From NCBI GenBank assembly GCA_963725055.1, contig CAVRXE010000004.1, forward strand, positions 7,808 to 71,807: DNA of 64,000 bases, in the 5' to 3' direction. Position 1 is the first letter of the stretch; the number at the start of each line of letters is the position of its first letter. The notes below the pieces were generated by a model. That model made no database searches. It had not been told where the DNA came from and was given only the letters and a program-made list of their open reading frames with translations. Shown in pieces: positions 10,701 to 21,521 of the stretch. The stretch comes from Candidatus Deferrimicrobiaceae bacterium (GTDB lineage Bacteria; Desulfobacterota; Deferrimicrobia; Deferrimicrobiales; Deferrimicrobiaceae). A program made the position numbers and the translations under genes.

Positions 10701-11238
10701 CGACGATCCCCCCGCGCACCGCGAAATCCCCGGGGTCGGCCGCCGCGGGAAGGCGGGAGTAGCCGAGGGTGACGAGACGCGCCGCAGAACGCGTCGACGT
10801 CGAGCGTGTCCCCCGGGGATACCGAGGCGACCGCGTCGACGAAGACCTCGGGAGGGAGCGTCTTCTCCACCGCGGCGGCGATCGGGGAGACGACCACGGC
10901 GGGGGGGCCGGAAAGGAGCCGGTGCAGCGCGCGCATCCGGTCGTGGACCGAGGGGAGGTGCGGGGGGACCGGCTCGTACGGCGTCGCCTCGATGGAAGGG
11001 AACGGGAGGACCGCGTCGGGGCCAAGATAGGCGGTCAGTTCCCGGGTCGCCTCCTCCGCCTCTTTCTCGTCGGCGCACAGGTAAAGGAGCGTGCGGCCGA
11101 GGCGCTCGAAGAGACGGGCCGCGAGGAACGACCGCGCCCCGGGCGGGATCCGCATCCACTGGACGCAAGGGGGGGCCCCCGCTTCGCGAGGGCGAGGGCG
11201 ACGTGCTCGAAGGAGAGCCTGGGGAGCGTGTGGGGCAT
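7738..11238 (-). pseudogene. mfd: transcription-repair coupling factor Mfd, at least five frame disruptions in the N-terminal third as assembled
   Basis: The C-terminal ~800 aa are uninterrupted: LVCGDVGYGKTEVAIRAAF, VIDEEQRFGV, TLSATPIPRTL, QLYQLRGRVGR and a TRG-like region. The N-terminal text (MPHTLPRL..., then [40 protein letters not shown]..., then ...[23 protein letters not shown]...) is spread over three frames between about 10290 and 11238. Confidence 0.9.
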
Positions 11239-11273
11239 TCCGCGAATGGAGGGCCGGTGGGACCCTGCGGATT

Positions 11274-12203
11274 TACGCGGCGTCGCGGGGAACGGCGAGC
11301 ATCGCGTCGAGGGCCGCCTTCGCACGTACCCGCACCGCCTTCGGGCACCGTGATGACCGGCGAGAGGGAGACGAGCGCGTCCCGCACGTCTTCGAGCGTC
11401 GTGAGCTTCATGTTCGGGCACAGAAGAGCGCGCGACGCGATGTGGAACCGCTTCCCCGGGTTCTCCTTCCGGAGCCGGTAGAGGATCCCCATCTCCGTGC
11501 CGACGATGAACTCCTTCGCCGGGGAGCGCCGGCACCAGGCGTACATCCCCGCCGTGGAGAGGACCGCGTCCGCCATCGCCACCACCTCGGGCGGACATTC
11601 GGGGTGGACCACGAGCACGGCGTCGGGGTGGGCCTCCTTCGCCTTCACCGTGGCGTCGACGGTCAGCCGCTCGTGGGTCGGGCAGTAGCCGTCCCACCAC
11701 GTGAGCGGGCGGCCCGACACCTTCGCCACCCACTGCGCGAGGTTCCGGTCGGGGACCATGAAGATCTCCTTCCCCGCCGGGATCGACTTCACCACGTTCA
11801 CCGCGTTGCCCGAGGTGCAGCAGACGTCGGAGAGCGCCTTCACCTCCGCGGAGGAGTTGACGTACGTCACGACGGCGGCGCCGGGATGCGCTTCCCGGTA
11901 CGCCGCGAGGTCGGGCCCGGTGATCATGTCGGCCATCGGGCACCCCGCGTCCTCGCGCGGCAGCAGGACGGTCTTCGCCGGCGACAGGATCGCGGCGCTC
12001 TCGGCCATGAAATGGACGCCGCAGAAGACGATCACGTCCGCCGTCGTCTTCGCCGCCTCCTGCGAGAGCCCCAGCGAGTCGCCCGTGATGTCCGCGATCT
12101 CCTGAACCTCGTCCCGCTGGTAGTTGTGCGCCAGCAGGATCGCGTTCCGCTCGGAAAGCAACTTCCCGATCTCCGCCTTGAGGGCCGGCAGCTCCTTCCG
12201 CAT
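11274..12203 (-). pseudogene. nadA: quinolinate synthase NadA, one frameshift about 20 codons before the stop as assembled
   Basis: [47 protein letters not shown]...[11 protein letters not shown]...VVHPEC...[12 protein letters not shown]. After ...VITVPE the frame must shift by one near 11335 to read [22 protein letters not shown]-stop (TAA at 11274-11276). Confidence 0.9.
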
Positions 12204-12210
12204 CGCTTTC

Positions 12211-13228
12211 CTACTCCTTCTCCCGCTTCAGCGCCCGGGAGAAGAGGTCGTTCACCGCCTCCCGGGCGTCTTTTCCCTCGTGGAGGATGCCGTGCACCTG
12301 TTCCGAGATCGGCATCGGCACCCCCGTGCGGCGCGACAGCTCCACGGCGGAGACCGCCGTCCGGACCCCCTCGGCCACCATCGTCATCCCCGAGAGGACG
12401 TCGCCGATCCTCTCCCCCCGCCCCACGCGCATCCCGACGGTCCGGTTCCGCGAGAGGTCGCCCGTGCAGGTGAGGACCAGGTCCCCCATCCCCGCGAGCC
12501 CCGCGAACGTCTGCGGCTGCGCCCCGAGGCGGACGCCCAGCCGGGAGATCTCGGCGAGCCCCCGGGAGATGAGGAGCGCCCGCGCGTTGTGGCCGAACCC
12601 CAACCCGTCGGCCATCCCCGCGGCGATCGCCATCACGTTTTTCAGCGCCCCGCCGATCTCGATCCCCGTCACGTCGTCGTCGGCGTAGAGCCGGAAGCGG
12701 GAGCCGGACAGCGCGTGCTGCAGCCGCCGCGCGACGGAGAGGTCGCCGCGCCGCCACCGTCGCCCCCGTCGGCTTCCCTTCCGCCACCTCGCGGGCGAAG
12801 GTCGGGCCGGAAAGAGCCGCGACACGGGGGGCGAACGAAGGGGACACCTCGGCGAGCACCTCCGTCATCCGCTTCAGCGTCCCGTTCTCCACCCCCTTGA
12901 CCAGGGAAACGAGGCACGCGTCGGGGGACAAGTAAGCAGCCGCCCTCGCCGCCACCTCCCGCAGGTGATGGGACGGAACGGCGAAGATCACCGTCGTCTT
13001 TCCGGAAACCGCCTCCGCGAGGTCGTTCGTCGGCCGGATCGCCGGGGGAAGGGAGATCCCCGGCAGGAAGGCGCGGTTTTCCCTCCGATCGCGGAGGTCG
13101 GCGCACACCTCCGTCTCGTGCGCCCAGAGAGCGACCGATTCGTGCCGCCCGGCGAGCATCGCGGCGAACGCCGTCCCCCACGACCCCGCCCCGACGACGG
13201 CGATCGACTCCTTTCTTCCCCCGCTCAC
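12211..13228 (-). pseudogene. gpsA: NAD(P)H-dependent glycerol-3-phosphate dehydrogenase GpsA, one frameshift near 12740 as assembled
   Basis: GTG start at 13228 gives VSGGRKESIAVVGAGSWGTAFAAMLA... The C-terminal half in ORF 12211-12825 reads ...IEIGGALKNVMAIAAGMADGLGFGHNARALLISRGLAEI...GDLVLTCTGDLSRNR.... Confidence 0.9.
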
Positions 13229-13254
13229 CGCTTCTCCGTCCCTCCATGACCCCT

Positions 13255-14047
13255 TCACGGCTTCCGGAGACGGTCCTTCAGCCGCTCGATCTTCTCCATC
13301 ACGATCCCGTACGCCGGGTCGCCCTCGTCTCCCTGCAGCGCCTCGTACTGGGCGATCGCGCCCTGGAGGTCCCCCATCCCCTCGAGCGACTGCGCCATCC
13401 CCCAGCGCGCCTTTACCGTGGATTCGCGCTCCGTCGAAAGATACAGGAGCTTGCGGAACTCCCGGTCCGCGTCGGCGTACCGGCGCTGCCCGAGAAGCGC
13501 GTACGCCAGCATCCATCGCCCCTCCGCAGCGCGTTTCGACTTGGGAAACCGCTCGGTCAGCTCGGCGAGCGCCGCCGCCTGCCGCTCGTCCTCCCCCGCC
13601 GCGCCGTACGCCCGCGCGAGGAGGAAGAGCACCTCGTCCTCCCCCTCGAACCGCGGGAACTCCTTCCGGATCCGCTCCAGGTCCGCGGACGCCGAGGAGG
13701 GGTCGAGGTATTGCAACAGGTGGATCTCCGCGGTCCGCAGCAGCGCGCGGGGCACCTCGGACGCCTTCGGGTAGTTGTACACGAGGGATTCGTACGCCTC
13801 GAGCGCCGCGGGGAAGTTCCGGTAGTAGCCGCCGTAGAGGTCCCCCTGCCGCAGCAGGGCCGCCGGGGCGTACCGGGACTGCGGATGGTCCCGGGCGATG
13901 AACCGGTAGTCGGCGAGCGCCGCCTCCATCTTCTGCGTTAGGAGCTCCTTCTCCGCCCGCTCGAACCGTTCCCGGGCCGGGTCGGCGCACGCCGCCGAAA
14001 AGCAGCAGCCCCACGCACAGGAGCCCGACCTTCCACGCCCCCTCCAT
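13255..14047 (-). pseudogene. TPR-repeat exported protein (YbgF/BamD-like), one frameshift in the signal peptide as assembled
   Basis: [16 protein letters not shown] reads on after a 1-nt shift in a T run near 13995 as [24 protein letters not shown], joining ORF 13255-13929 (MEAALADYRFIARDHPQSRYAPAALLRQGDLY...). The body has TPR-like repeated A/L/Y helices. Confidence 0.7.
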
Positions 14048-14050
14048 CGC

Positions 14051-16484
14051 TCACTCTTCCTTCTCCGCCAGCCGCGCGATGGAGACGACCCGCTCGTTCT
14101 CGGCGAGGCCGATCAGCCGGACGCCCTGGGTGTTCCTCCCGATCACCCGCAGGTCGCCCATCCCGAGCCGGATGATCTTCCCGCCGTCGGTGACCAGCAT
14201 CACCTCGTCCGTTTCGGCGACCTGGCTGACGCCGACCACGCGACCGGTCTTCCCCGTCACCTTCAGGGCGATCACGCCCTTGCCGCCCCGCGACTGGCTG
14301 CGGTACTCCTCGACCGCCGAGCGCTTCCCGTACCCGTGCTCCGTCACGGAGAGGAGCGTCCCCTCGGGTTTGAGGATCTCCATCCCCACGACGAGGTCCC
14401 CCTCCTCGAGGTCGATGCCGCGCACGCCCACCGCCGCGCGCCCCATCGACCGGACGTCCTCCTCGTGGAACCGGATCGACATCCCCTCGCGGGTGGAGAG
14501 GGACACTTCGTCCTTCCCCGTGGTGAGGGAGGTGGCGATCAGCCGGTCTTTCTCGTTCAGCCCCATGGAGATGATCCCGCCCGCCCGCGGCCGGGAATAT
14601 TCCATCAGATCCGTCTTCTTGATGACGCCCCGCGCCGTGACCGTCATCACGAACCTCCCCTCCGTGAACTCCCGGACGGGGAGGATCGACGCGATCTCCT
14701 CGCCTGGGGAGAGGGACAGGAGGTTCACGATGGCCCGCCCCTTCGAGGCGCGCCCCGCCTCCGGCAATTCGTGGACCTTCAGCCAGTACACCTTCCCCTG
14801 GTCCGAGAAGAAGAGGACGTAGGTGTGCATCGAGGCGATGAAGAGCATCGAGACGAAATCCTCCTCCTTCGTCCCCATGCCGACCTTCCCGCGCCCCCCG
14901 CGCCGCTGCGTCCGGTAGAGGCTGATCGGGTTCCGCTTGATGTACCCCGTGTGGGAGACGGTGACCACCATCTCCTCGTCCACGATCAGGTCCTCGAGCC
15001 GCAGGTCCTTCGTCTCGCGCTGGATCTCGGAGCGGCGGGCGTCGCCGTAGGCGTCCCGGATCTCGCGGAACTCCTGCCCGATCACGCGCAGCAGCTCGGC
15101 CTCCTCGCCGAGGATCTTCTTCAGCCGGGCGATCTCCGCGCGCACCTCCTTCAGCTCCTGCAGGATCTTCTCGCGCTCCAGCCCGGTCAGCCGCTGCAGC
15201 CGCATGTCGAGGATCGCCTGGGCCTGGATCTCCGACAGTCCGAACTTCGCCACGAGGCCTTCCTTCGCCTCCTTCGGGTCCTTCGAGGCCCGGATCAGAC
15301 GGATGACCGCGTCGATGTGGTCGAGGGCGATCGAAAGCCCCAGCAGGATGTGCTCCCGGGACTCCGCCTTCCGCAAGCAGGAACAGGGTCCGCTTGGTGA
15401 CAACCTCCTTCCGGAAGGCGAGGAACTCCTCGAGGAGCTCCTTGAGGTTCATCGTCCGCGGCCGGTTCTGGACGATCGCCAGCAGCTGCACGCCGAAGGA
15501 GGTCTGCATCTGCGTCTGCTTGTACAGGTTGTTGAGGACGACCTCGGCGACCGCGTCCTTCTTCAGCTCCACGACCACGCGCATCCCGTCGCGGTCGGAC
15601 TCGTCGCGCAGGTCCGAGATCTCCTCGATCTCCTTGTTCCGCACCAGCTCCGCCATCCGCTCGATGAGGCGGGACTTGTTCACCTGGTACGGGATCTCGG
15701 TGACGACGATCGACTCCCGGTCCCCTTTCTTCGCCTTCTCGATGAAGGCCCGCGCGCGGATCTGGACGCTGCCGCGCCCCGTGCGGTACGCGTCGCGCAC
15801 CCCGTCGAGCCCGTAGAGGATCCCGCCGGTCGGGAAATCGGGCGCCGGGACGTGCTCCATCAATTCGTCGACCGTGATGTCGGGGTTGCCGATCAGGGCG
15901 ATCAGGGCGCCGATCACCTCGCCGAGGTTGTGGGGCGGAATGGAGGTCGCCATCCCGACGGCGATCCCGGCGCTCCCGTTCACCAGCAGGTTGGGAACGC
16001 GGGACGGAAGGACGCGCGGCTCCTGGAGGGAGCCGTCGTAGTTGGGGAGCGTTTCGACGGTTTCCTTGTCGAGATCCGACAGCAGCTCCCCCGCCACCTT
16101 CGCCATCCGGACCTCGGTGTACCGCATCGCCGCGGCCGAGTCGCCGTCGACCGATCCGAAGTTTCCCTGCCCGTCGATCAGGGGGTACCGCAGCGAGAAG
16201 TCCTGCACCATCCGCACGAGGGCGTCGTACACCGCGTTGTCGCCGTGCGGATGGTATTTACCGATCACGTCGCCGACGATGCGGGCGGATTTCTTGTACG
16301 GCTTGCCGTACTCGTTCCCCAGCTCATGCATGGCGAAGAGGATGCGGCGCTGGACGGGCTTGAGGCCGTCCCGCACGTCGGGGAGGGCGCGCCCGACGAT
16401 CACGCTCATCGCGTAGTCGAGATAGCTCTGGCGCATCTCGTCCTGGATGGCGCGGGGCTGTGCCTGCTTCTGGAACAGGTCCAT
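14051..16484 (-). pseudogene. gyrA: DNA gyrase subunit A, single frameshift near 15385 as assembled
   Basis: [52 protein letters not shown]...[18 protein letters not shown]...AAMRYTE (active-site Tyr region). The C-terminal beta-pinwheel repeats are in ORF 14051-15403. The join ...[10 protein letters not shown] / [13 protein letters not shown] needs a 1-nt correction. Confidence 0.95.
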
Positions 16485-16607
16485 GGGGATTCGGGTGCTC
16501 CTTCGAAGGATCTGGAACGATGCGGCGGGATCGCCGCCTGCCTATCCGTTTAAATAAGTTATTCTATCACAGTTCCCGGGGTCGCCGCGGAAAGGAAAAT
16601 ACAATAA

Positions 16608-16657
16608 TTACGAATGGTTACGAATGGTTTCGGATGGATCCGGACGGGCCCGGGGGG
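16608..16657. repeat. five tandem, progressively degenerating 10-bp units
   Basis: TTACGAATGG, TTACGAATGG, TTTCGGATGG, ATCCGGACGG, GCCCGGGGGG read directly. It lies about 125-170 bp upstream of the gyrA start codon, with one helical turn per unit. Confidence 0.8.
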
Positions 16658-16747
16658 GAGCCGGAGTCCGTTGTCTCCGGCCCCCCTCCTCGGGGGCACA
16701 ATCTTTGAGCGAATTACCGGTCGATCGCCTCCGCTTTCAACATATCC

Positions 16748-17714
16748 CTACCAGTGCGTTACGACGGCGGTCACCTCCCACGCTCCATCGCCGTTCGTAT
16801 CGATGTCCAGCAGGAATTGGGTCGGGTCGACCACCGTCAGTTGCACCTTTTTGTAGTCCTTCCCCGTCACGACGAACTGTCCGCTCGATGGGTTGGGATT
16901 TCCCGCCAGGTAGTGGAACGGGACCAGCGTTATCATGTCCACGTACCCGTAATCGTGAAGGTAAACGCGGCCGGAAAGCGTCGTATCGTAATAATCGATC
17001 CCGTTGGTTTCGACGAGGGTGACGTTCGAAAGCCAGAGAGTCTTCCGGGACACATTATTGACGAAAACGATATCGAGGATTGCGCTGCCACCGCCGGTCC
17101 CGGAGATCAGGTCCACAGTGCCGATGGCGGTGACGTCCTCCCCGCCGTCCACGATCCGGACCGACTGGAAGTTGAAGAGGATCTCGGTGATGGACTGGGC
17201 CTGGACATCGAAATAACCCGTCACGGCCACCGGCCCGTTGATGATCCCGCCGCTCTCCCCGTGGTAGTTCGTGAATGCGAATGTACCGTTGAACACCCCG
17301 GTCTGGTCGTTGACGGACAATACGAGATGGATGGTTCCTCCCGCCCCGTCCGACACGGTATTATCGACCGTGACGACAGCCCGTGGCACCGGCGCGTGGG
17401 CGGAGGATGGGACCGGGAGCGCGGCGGTCGCGGTCTCCGACAGGAGCCGCACAAGAGTAAGGGCGATCGGCCTCTCCGCCGCCGCACGCGCGTCGCCCGA
17501 CCTGGCCGGGGCAAGGGCCGTCGCATTCGCCCCGAGGTCGCCCCCCTGCAGCGTCTGCCTCGCGATGTTGTCGGCGTTAACCGCGGTGACCACCGCCGCC
17601 GTGGTGAGACCGGTGTACGGGGAAGAGGCGCTGGAGCCTCCGCCGCCCGCAGGAGGAAAGCGACAGTGCCACCAGAACCGGAAGAACCGCAACGATCCGC
17701 GCCCCACGATTCAT
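16748..17714 (-). pseudogene. hypothetical lipoprotein, one frameshift just after the lipobox as assembled
   Basis: MNRGARIVAVLPVLVALSLSSC (L-S-S-C lipobox) joins, after a 1-nt shift in a G/C run near 17650, to GGGGSSASSPYTGLTTAAVV... of ORF 16748-17707. I recognise no family; the body is beta-rich and Asn/Thr/Gly-rich. Confidence 0.55.
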
Positions 17715-18006
17715 CGGGACGTCCCCCTTTTCTTTCCCCGGCCGACAGACTGGCACGAAGATGGCGTGTTTCTCGTGCTTATCGCCGTTTTCTCTTCCTT
17801 TCTTCAGTCGGTTCCAGGGAGTCTTCCCGGTATCACCGTTCACGCTGCGGGATCAACCCCGTTTCAGGACCCCCCTGGTGCTCGAGCTGGTGGCCACCGC
17901 GGCGTATTTCCCGAGGCGGCCGGCCGGTTTTCTCCTCCGGCTGGAGCTGATATTTCGTGCACCGTTCGGTACGTTCCGCCTCGGGGACCTCCGCAGGCCT
18001 GCTATT

Positions 18007-19662
18007 TCATGCTCCGGCGGTCAGCATACCCCGGATCCAAGACCGTCGAGCTCCGCGAGCGCGGCCCTGGATCTCCTCGAGCCGGTTCCCCGCGTCGGCT
18101 TCGCCGACCAGCCCCGCGATCGTCTCCATCTCCCGCCCGAGAAACTCCGTCGCATCCAGGTAAAGAACGTCGATCGAGGCCCCCATGGCGTCGGCCCACT
18201 GCCCCGCCACGCGGGAGAGGTTCTTCTCGACCTCCCACGAGACCCTGCGCAGGAAATGCCGCCGCACCAGCGGACGGAAGACAGGCATCGGGATCAGGAA
18301 CCAGAGCAGTTCGAAATAGGTGTCGAACGTGGGGGAGAGCCGGACGTCGGGGTGGGCCGGCTCCTCGACCTGCGGATCGAACCGGGTCCCTTCGAAACGG
18401 ATTCCGAACGCCCGCTCGATCTCCTTCGCCAGACGGTTCACGAAGGCCTGCACCGACCGCTCGACGCTCGCCTGCGCTCTGAAGAGAAAACCGGCGAGAT
18501 GCCCCTCGCCGTGCAGGGAGACCGCCCCCATCTCCTCCATCATCGCGTCGGCGAGCCACCTCTCGAACTCCCGGGTCACCCGCGCGAGATTCCCTTTCCA
18601 CCCCCTCATCGCCTCCCGAAGATTTGCGGTAACGCGCTTCGTCACTTCGCCATGGTAGGCGTGGAATCGCTCGTCCGCCGCAGTGCGGACCTCGGCCTGG
18701 AGGTGGTTGCAGAGGAGCCGGAGCTCCCCCTTTACGAAGCCGAAAGCCCGCCGCTCGCGTGCCAGCGCCGCGATGAGTTCGGCCCGGGCGGCATCGGCGG
18801 CTCCCGCCGCGCGTTCCGCCAGAACCAGATATTCCCGGCACCCGGCGACCAGCGCACGGACCTTGTGACGCGCGATCTTTCCGAACGCCTCCTCCCGCCG
18901 CCCCGCGATCCGTTCCCGCAGGTACTCCGCCACTACCTCGCGCATCCCCTCGAAGCCGGGACGGTTGGAGACGGGGAGAACCCTCCACTCCTTCCCCGTC
19001 CGGGAAGTCGCCTGACTCCGGGTGAATTCGATCACCGAGGCGAGCTCCTCCCCGGACACCAGGTCGGCTTTCGTCAACAGGAGGACCGCCTCGGGAGTAT
19101 GCGAGGATACGTCGTTGAGGAGTTGCAGGTCGTCTTCGGAGAGGGGGTGGTTGACGCTGACGGCGACGATGGCCGCTCCGACACGGGGCATCCACTCTTT
19201 CGACACCCGCGTGTTGTGGGCGAAGACGGAGCCCATCCCCGGCGTGTCGACGAACCGGACTCCCTCGTACGGCGCGAGGGAGGGAAGCTCCACGTCGACC
19301 ACCGCCACCCGCTTTTCGTTCGCGGGATTTCCCCGCTCCGTGACGAACTCGGCCAGCCGGGTCCGCGGGATCTCGAACGGTTCTCCCGCAAGGCTGTGCA
19401 CGATGACCCGCTCCCTTGGCCCGTACCCGATCCGGGTGACCACGGCGGTCGACGGCAGGACGTCGACCGGGACGATGGACGCTCCGATGAGGGCGTTAAG
19501 AAACGAGCTCTTCCCCGCCTTGAACTGCCCGAGAACGGCCACGTCCACCACGCCGCCGCTCGTCAGCAATTCCCGGCACGCCGCAAGCTGCGGCGCGAGG
19601 GAGCTGATGCCGAGTTGCCCGCAGATCGCGCCGACGCGGTCGACGGTTCCGGACAGGTCCAT
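18007..19662 (-). CDS. dynamin-family GTPase (bacterial dynamin-like protein)
   Basis: G1 is GQFKAGKSSFLNALIG, G3 is VDTPGMGS and G4 is LLLTKADL. A long helical C-terminal part follows, with a hydrophobic segment FELLWFLIPMPVF. Confidence 0.8.
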   Translation of the reverse strand: MDLSGTVDRVGAICGQLGISSLAPQLAACRELLTSGGVVDVAVLGQFKAGKSSFLNALIGASIVPVDVLPSTAVVTRIGYGPRERVIVHSLAGEPFEIPRTRLAEFVTERGNPANEKRVAVVDVELPSLAPYEGVRFVDTPGMGSVFAHNTRVSKEWMPRVGAAIVAVSVNHPLSEDDLQLLNDVSSHTPEAVLLLTKADLVSGEELASVIEFTRSQATSRTGKEWRVLPVSNRPGFEGMREVVAEYLRERIAGRREEAFGKIARHKVRALVAGCREYLVLAERAAGAADAARAELIAALARERRAFGFVKGELRLLCNHLQAEVRTAADERFHAYHGEVTKRVTANLREAMRGWKGNLARVTREFERWLADAMMEEMGAVSLHGEGHLAGFLFRAQASVERSVQAFVNRLAKEIERAFGIRFEGTRFDPQVEEPAHPDVRLSPTFDTYFELLWFLIPMPVFRPLVRRHFLRRVSWEVEKNLSRVAGQWADAMGASIDVLYLDATEFLGREMETIAGLVGEADAGNRLEEIQGRARGARRSWIRGMLTAGA

Positions 19663-19699
19663 CCCCGGGAATCCTCCCTGCGAAGCTCCGATCCTCCCC

Positions 19700-20044
19700 C
19701 TACTCTGCGTGCGGATGCGTGTACCGCATCACCTTGACCTTCTCGAGGGTGATCATCCCGCCGACGATCATCTCATCGATTTGCGGCATCACCCGGTCGA
19801 CATTCTCCTGGGTGTCCACCACCTCCACGATCATAGGGAGATCGCGCGACAACCGGAGGATCTTGTCTGTGTGGTAGACGCTGTGCGCGCCGAACCCCGC
19901 CACGCCGCGCAGGACCGTGGCGCCGTGAAACTTTTCCTTCTTCAGAAGTTCCACCAACGCCTCGTGCAGGGGACGGCTGCGGAACTTGTCCCCCTCCCCG
20001 ATGAAGATCCGCATCAGGACGTTCTCCCCGACGAGCTTCGGCAT
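19700..20044 (-). CDS. DUF190 (PII-like fold) protein commonly linked to crcB
   Basis: 114 aa: LMRIFIGEGDKFRSRPLHEALVELLKKEKFHGATVLRGVAGFGAHS...PMIVEVVD. It sits 25 nt downstream of crcB on the same strand. Confidence 0.75.
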   Translation of the reverse strand: MPKLVGENVLMRIFIGEGDKFRSRPLHEALVELLKKEKFHGATVLRGVAGFGAHSVYHTDKILRLSRDLPMIVEVVDTQENVDRVMPQIDEMIVGGMITLEKVKVMRYTHPHAE

Positions 20045-20069
20045 CTTCCTCCTCCTTTCGGGTCTCTGC

Positions 20070-20444
20070 TTACAAGTGGCGCGCGGCGACGATCCCGAGA
20101 AACGTGAACGCCAGGCAGGCTGTGACGCTCAGGAGAACGTTCGCCAGCGCCTGGGGCAGCTGGGCGCCCTCGAGCAGACGGACCGTCTCGTAGCTGAAGG
20201 TCGAGAAGGTTGTGAACCCACCGAGGAAGCCGATCGTGATACCGACCCGCAATTCGGTGGATACGACGGTGCTCCGCAGGCTGAACTCCATGACGAGCCC
20301 GATCAGGAACGCGCCGATCCCGTTGACGGCAAGAGTGCCATACGGCAAGGCCGTGCCGATCAGGTCGTAGACCCAGCCGGTAAGGAAGTAGCGCGCGAGA
20401 CACCCCAGCGCGCCGAAGAGGGTGATGTACAGGACGACGGTCAT
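20070..20444 (-). CDS. crcB: fluoride ion channel CrcB/FluC
   Basis: 124-aa four-TM protein: LGCLARY...GTLAVNGIGAFLIG...GFLGGFTTFSTFSYE. It is directly preceded by a fluoride riboswitch. Confidence 0.95.
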   Translation of the reverse strand: MTVVLYITLFGALGCLARYFLTGWVYDLIGTALPYGTLAVNGIGAFLIGLVMEFSLRSTVVSTELRVGITIGFLGGFTTFSTFSYETVRLLEGAQLPQALANVLLSVTACLAFTFLGIVAARHL

Positions 20445-20483
20445 CTGAGGAGACCTCCCCTTGGGTGATCAGACACCCCGGAT

Positions 20484-20570
20484 AAAAAAAACTCCTGCCC
20501 CACGGGTGTCGGGTAGGAGTCATCAGCCTCGAATCGGGGAGGCGGTTCACGGCGAACTCCATCGCCGGGG
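20484..20570 (-). ncRNA. fluoride riboswitch (crcB RNA motif) with intrinsic-terminator expression platform
   Basis: The minus strand reads GGCGAUGGAGUUCGCC-GUGAACCGCCUCCCCGAUUCGAGGCUGAUGACUCCUAC. It has the GGCG/CGCC P1, the GCCUC/GAGGC stem and a GGAGU...ACUCC pseudoknot. Next comes CUCCUACCCGACACCCGUGGGGCAGGAG followed by U8, and the terminator 5' arm overlaps the pseudoknot strand (ON-switch logic). The crcB ATG is about 40 nt downstream. Confidence 0.9.
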
Positions 20571-20642
20571 TTCTGACCTTTACATACCACAGCCGCCCGG
20601 GGGAGGGGAAGCCGGGGGGAGAGGCGGCGCCCCGACCCCGGA

Positions 20643-21521
20643 TCAGGGCGATCGCACCTCGAGGCGGCCCGCGAGGTCGTCGATGAATTGCTTCGCCGTT
20701 CGCCCGCTTCGGGAGCCGGCGGAGAGCGCCCACCGCAGCGCCTCTTCCCGAAGCGTCGCCGGATCGACGGGGAGGCGCATCCGGTGCGCGTACGACTCGA
20801 CGACGGCGAGGTACGTCTCCTGGTCGAACCGGTAGAACCCGAGCTGGAGCCCGAACCGGTCGGAGAGAGAGAGCTTCTCAGAGACCGCCTCCTCCGGGTG
20901 GATTTCGTCCTCCGCTCCCAGCGCGACCCGCCGCTCGGGCATCAGGTGCCGCCGGTTCGAGGTGGCGTAGATCAGCACGTTCTCCGGGCGCTCCTCGACC
21001 CCGCCGTCCAGCAACGTCTTGAGCCCCCGGAAGTCCGCCTCCCCCTCGTCGAACGACAGATCGTCGCAGTAGAGGAGGAACCGGAACGGCAGGCCACGGA
21101 GCTGCCCGACGATCTTCGGGAAGGCGAACAGGTCCCACCGGGCGAGCTCCACGAGCCGGAGTCCCCGCGGGCCGAAGACGGGGAGCAGCCCCTTGACGCA
21201 GGATGACTTCCCGGTACCGCGCTCCCCCCACAGAAGGACGTGGTTCGCCCCCCGCCCGGAGACGAACTGGTCCGTGTTCCGGAGCAGCTCCTCCTTCGGC
21301 CCGTCGATACCGACGAGCGACGCGAGATCCACCCGGTGCGGGTGCGGGATCGGAACGATCCGCCCCCCCTCCCCGGCGCGCTCCCACCGGAACGCCAGGT
21401 GGGACCGGAAGATCGCCGCGTCGGTCCGCGGCGCCTCCCGCGTTCCGAGGAGCGCCTCTATCCGCGCCATGATCCCTTCGAGGCGCCGAAGCGCGCCTTC
21501 CCAGGGCGCCTCCACGGTCAT
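20643..21521 (-). CDS. DUF815-family AAA-type ATPase
   Basis: Internal ATG (MTVEAPWEGAL...) overlaps the SDR stop as ATGA. It has Walker A LLWGERGTGKSS, Walker B-like FLLYCDDLSF and a YATSNRRHL block typical of DUF815. Confidence 0.75.
   Translation of the reverse strand: MTVEAPWEGALRRLEGIMARIEALLGTREAPRTDAAIFRSHLAFRWERAGEGGRIVPIPHPHRVDLASLVGIDGPKEELLRNTDQFVSGRGANHVLLWGERGTGKSSCVKGLLPVFGPRGLRLVELARWDLFAFPKIVGQLRGLPFRFLLYCDDLSFDEGEADFRGLKTLLDGGVEERPENVLIYATSNRRHLMPERRVALGAEDEIHPEEAVSEKLSLSDRFGLQLGFYRFDQETYLAVVESYAHRMRLPVDPATLREEALRWALSAGSRSGRTAKQFIDDLAGRLEVRSP

Noticed and set aside
17751-17765. Plus-strand TGGCACGAAGATGGC with correct sigma-54 spacing.
   Set aside because: There is no plausible plus-strand gene downstream; it would only drive antisense transcription into the dynamin-like gene. 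It is a single imperfect match (TGGC for TTGC) and is probably chance.
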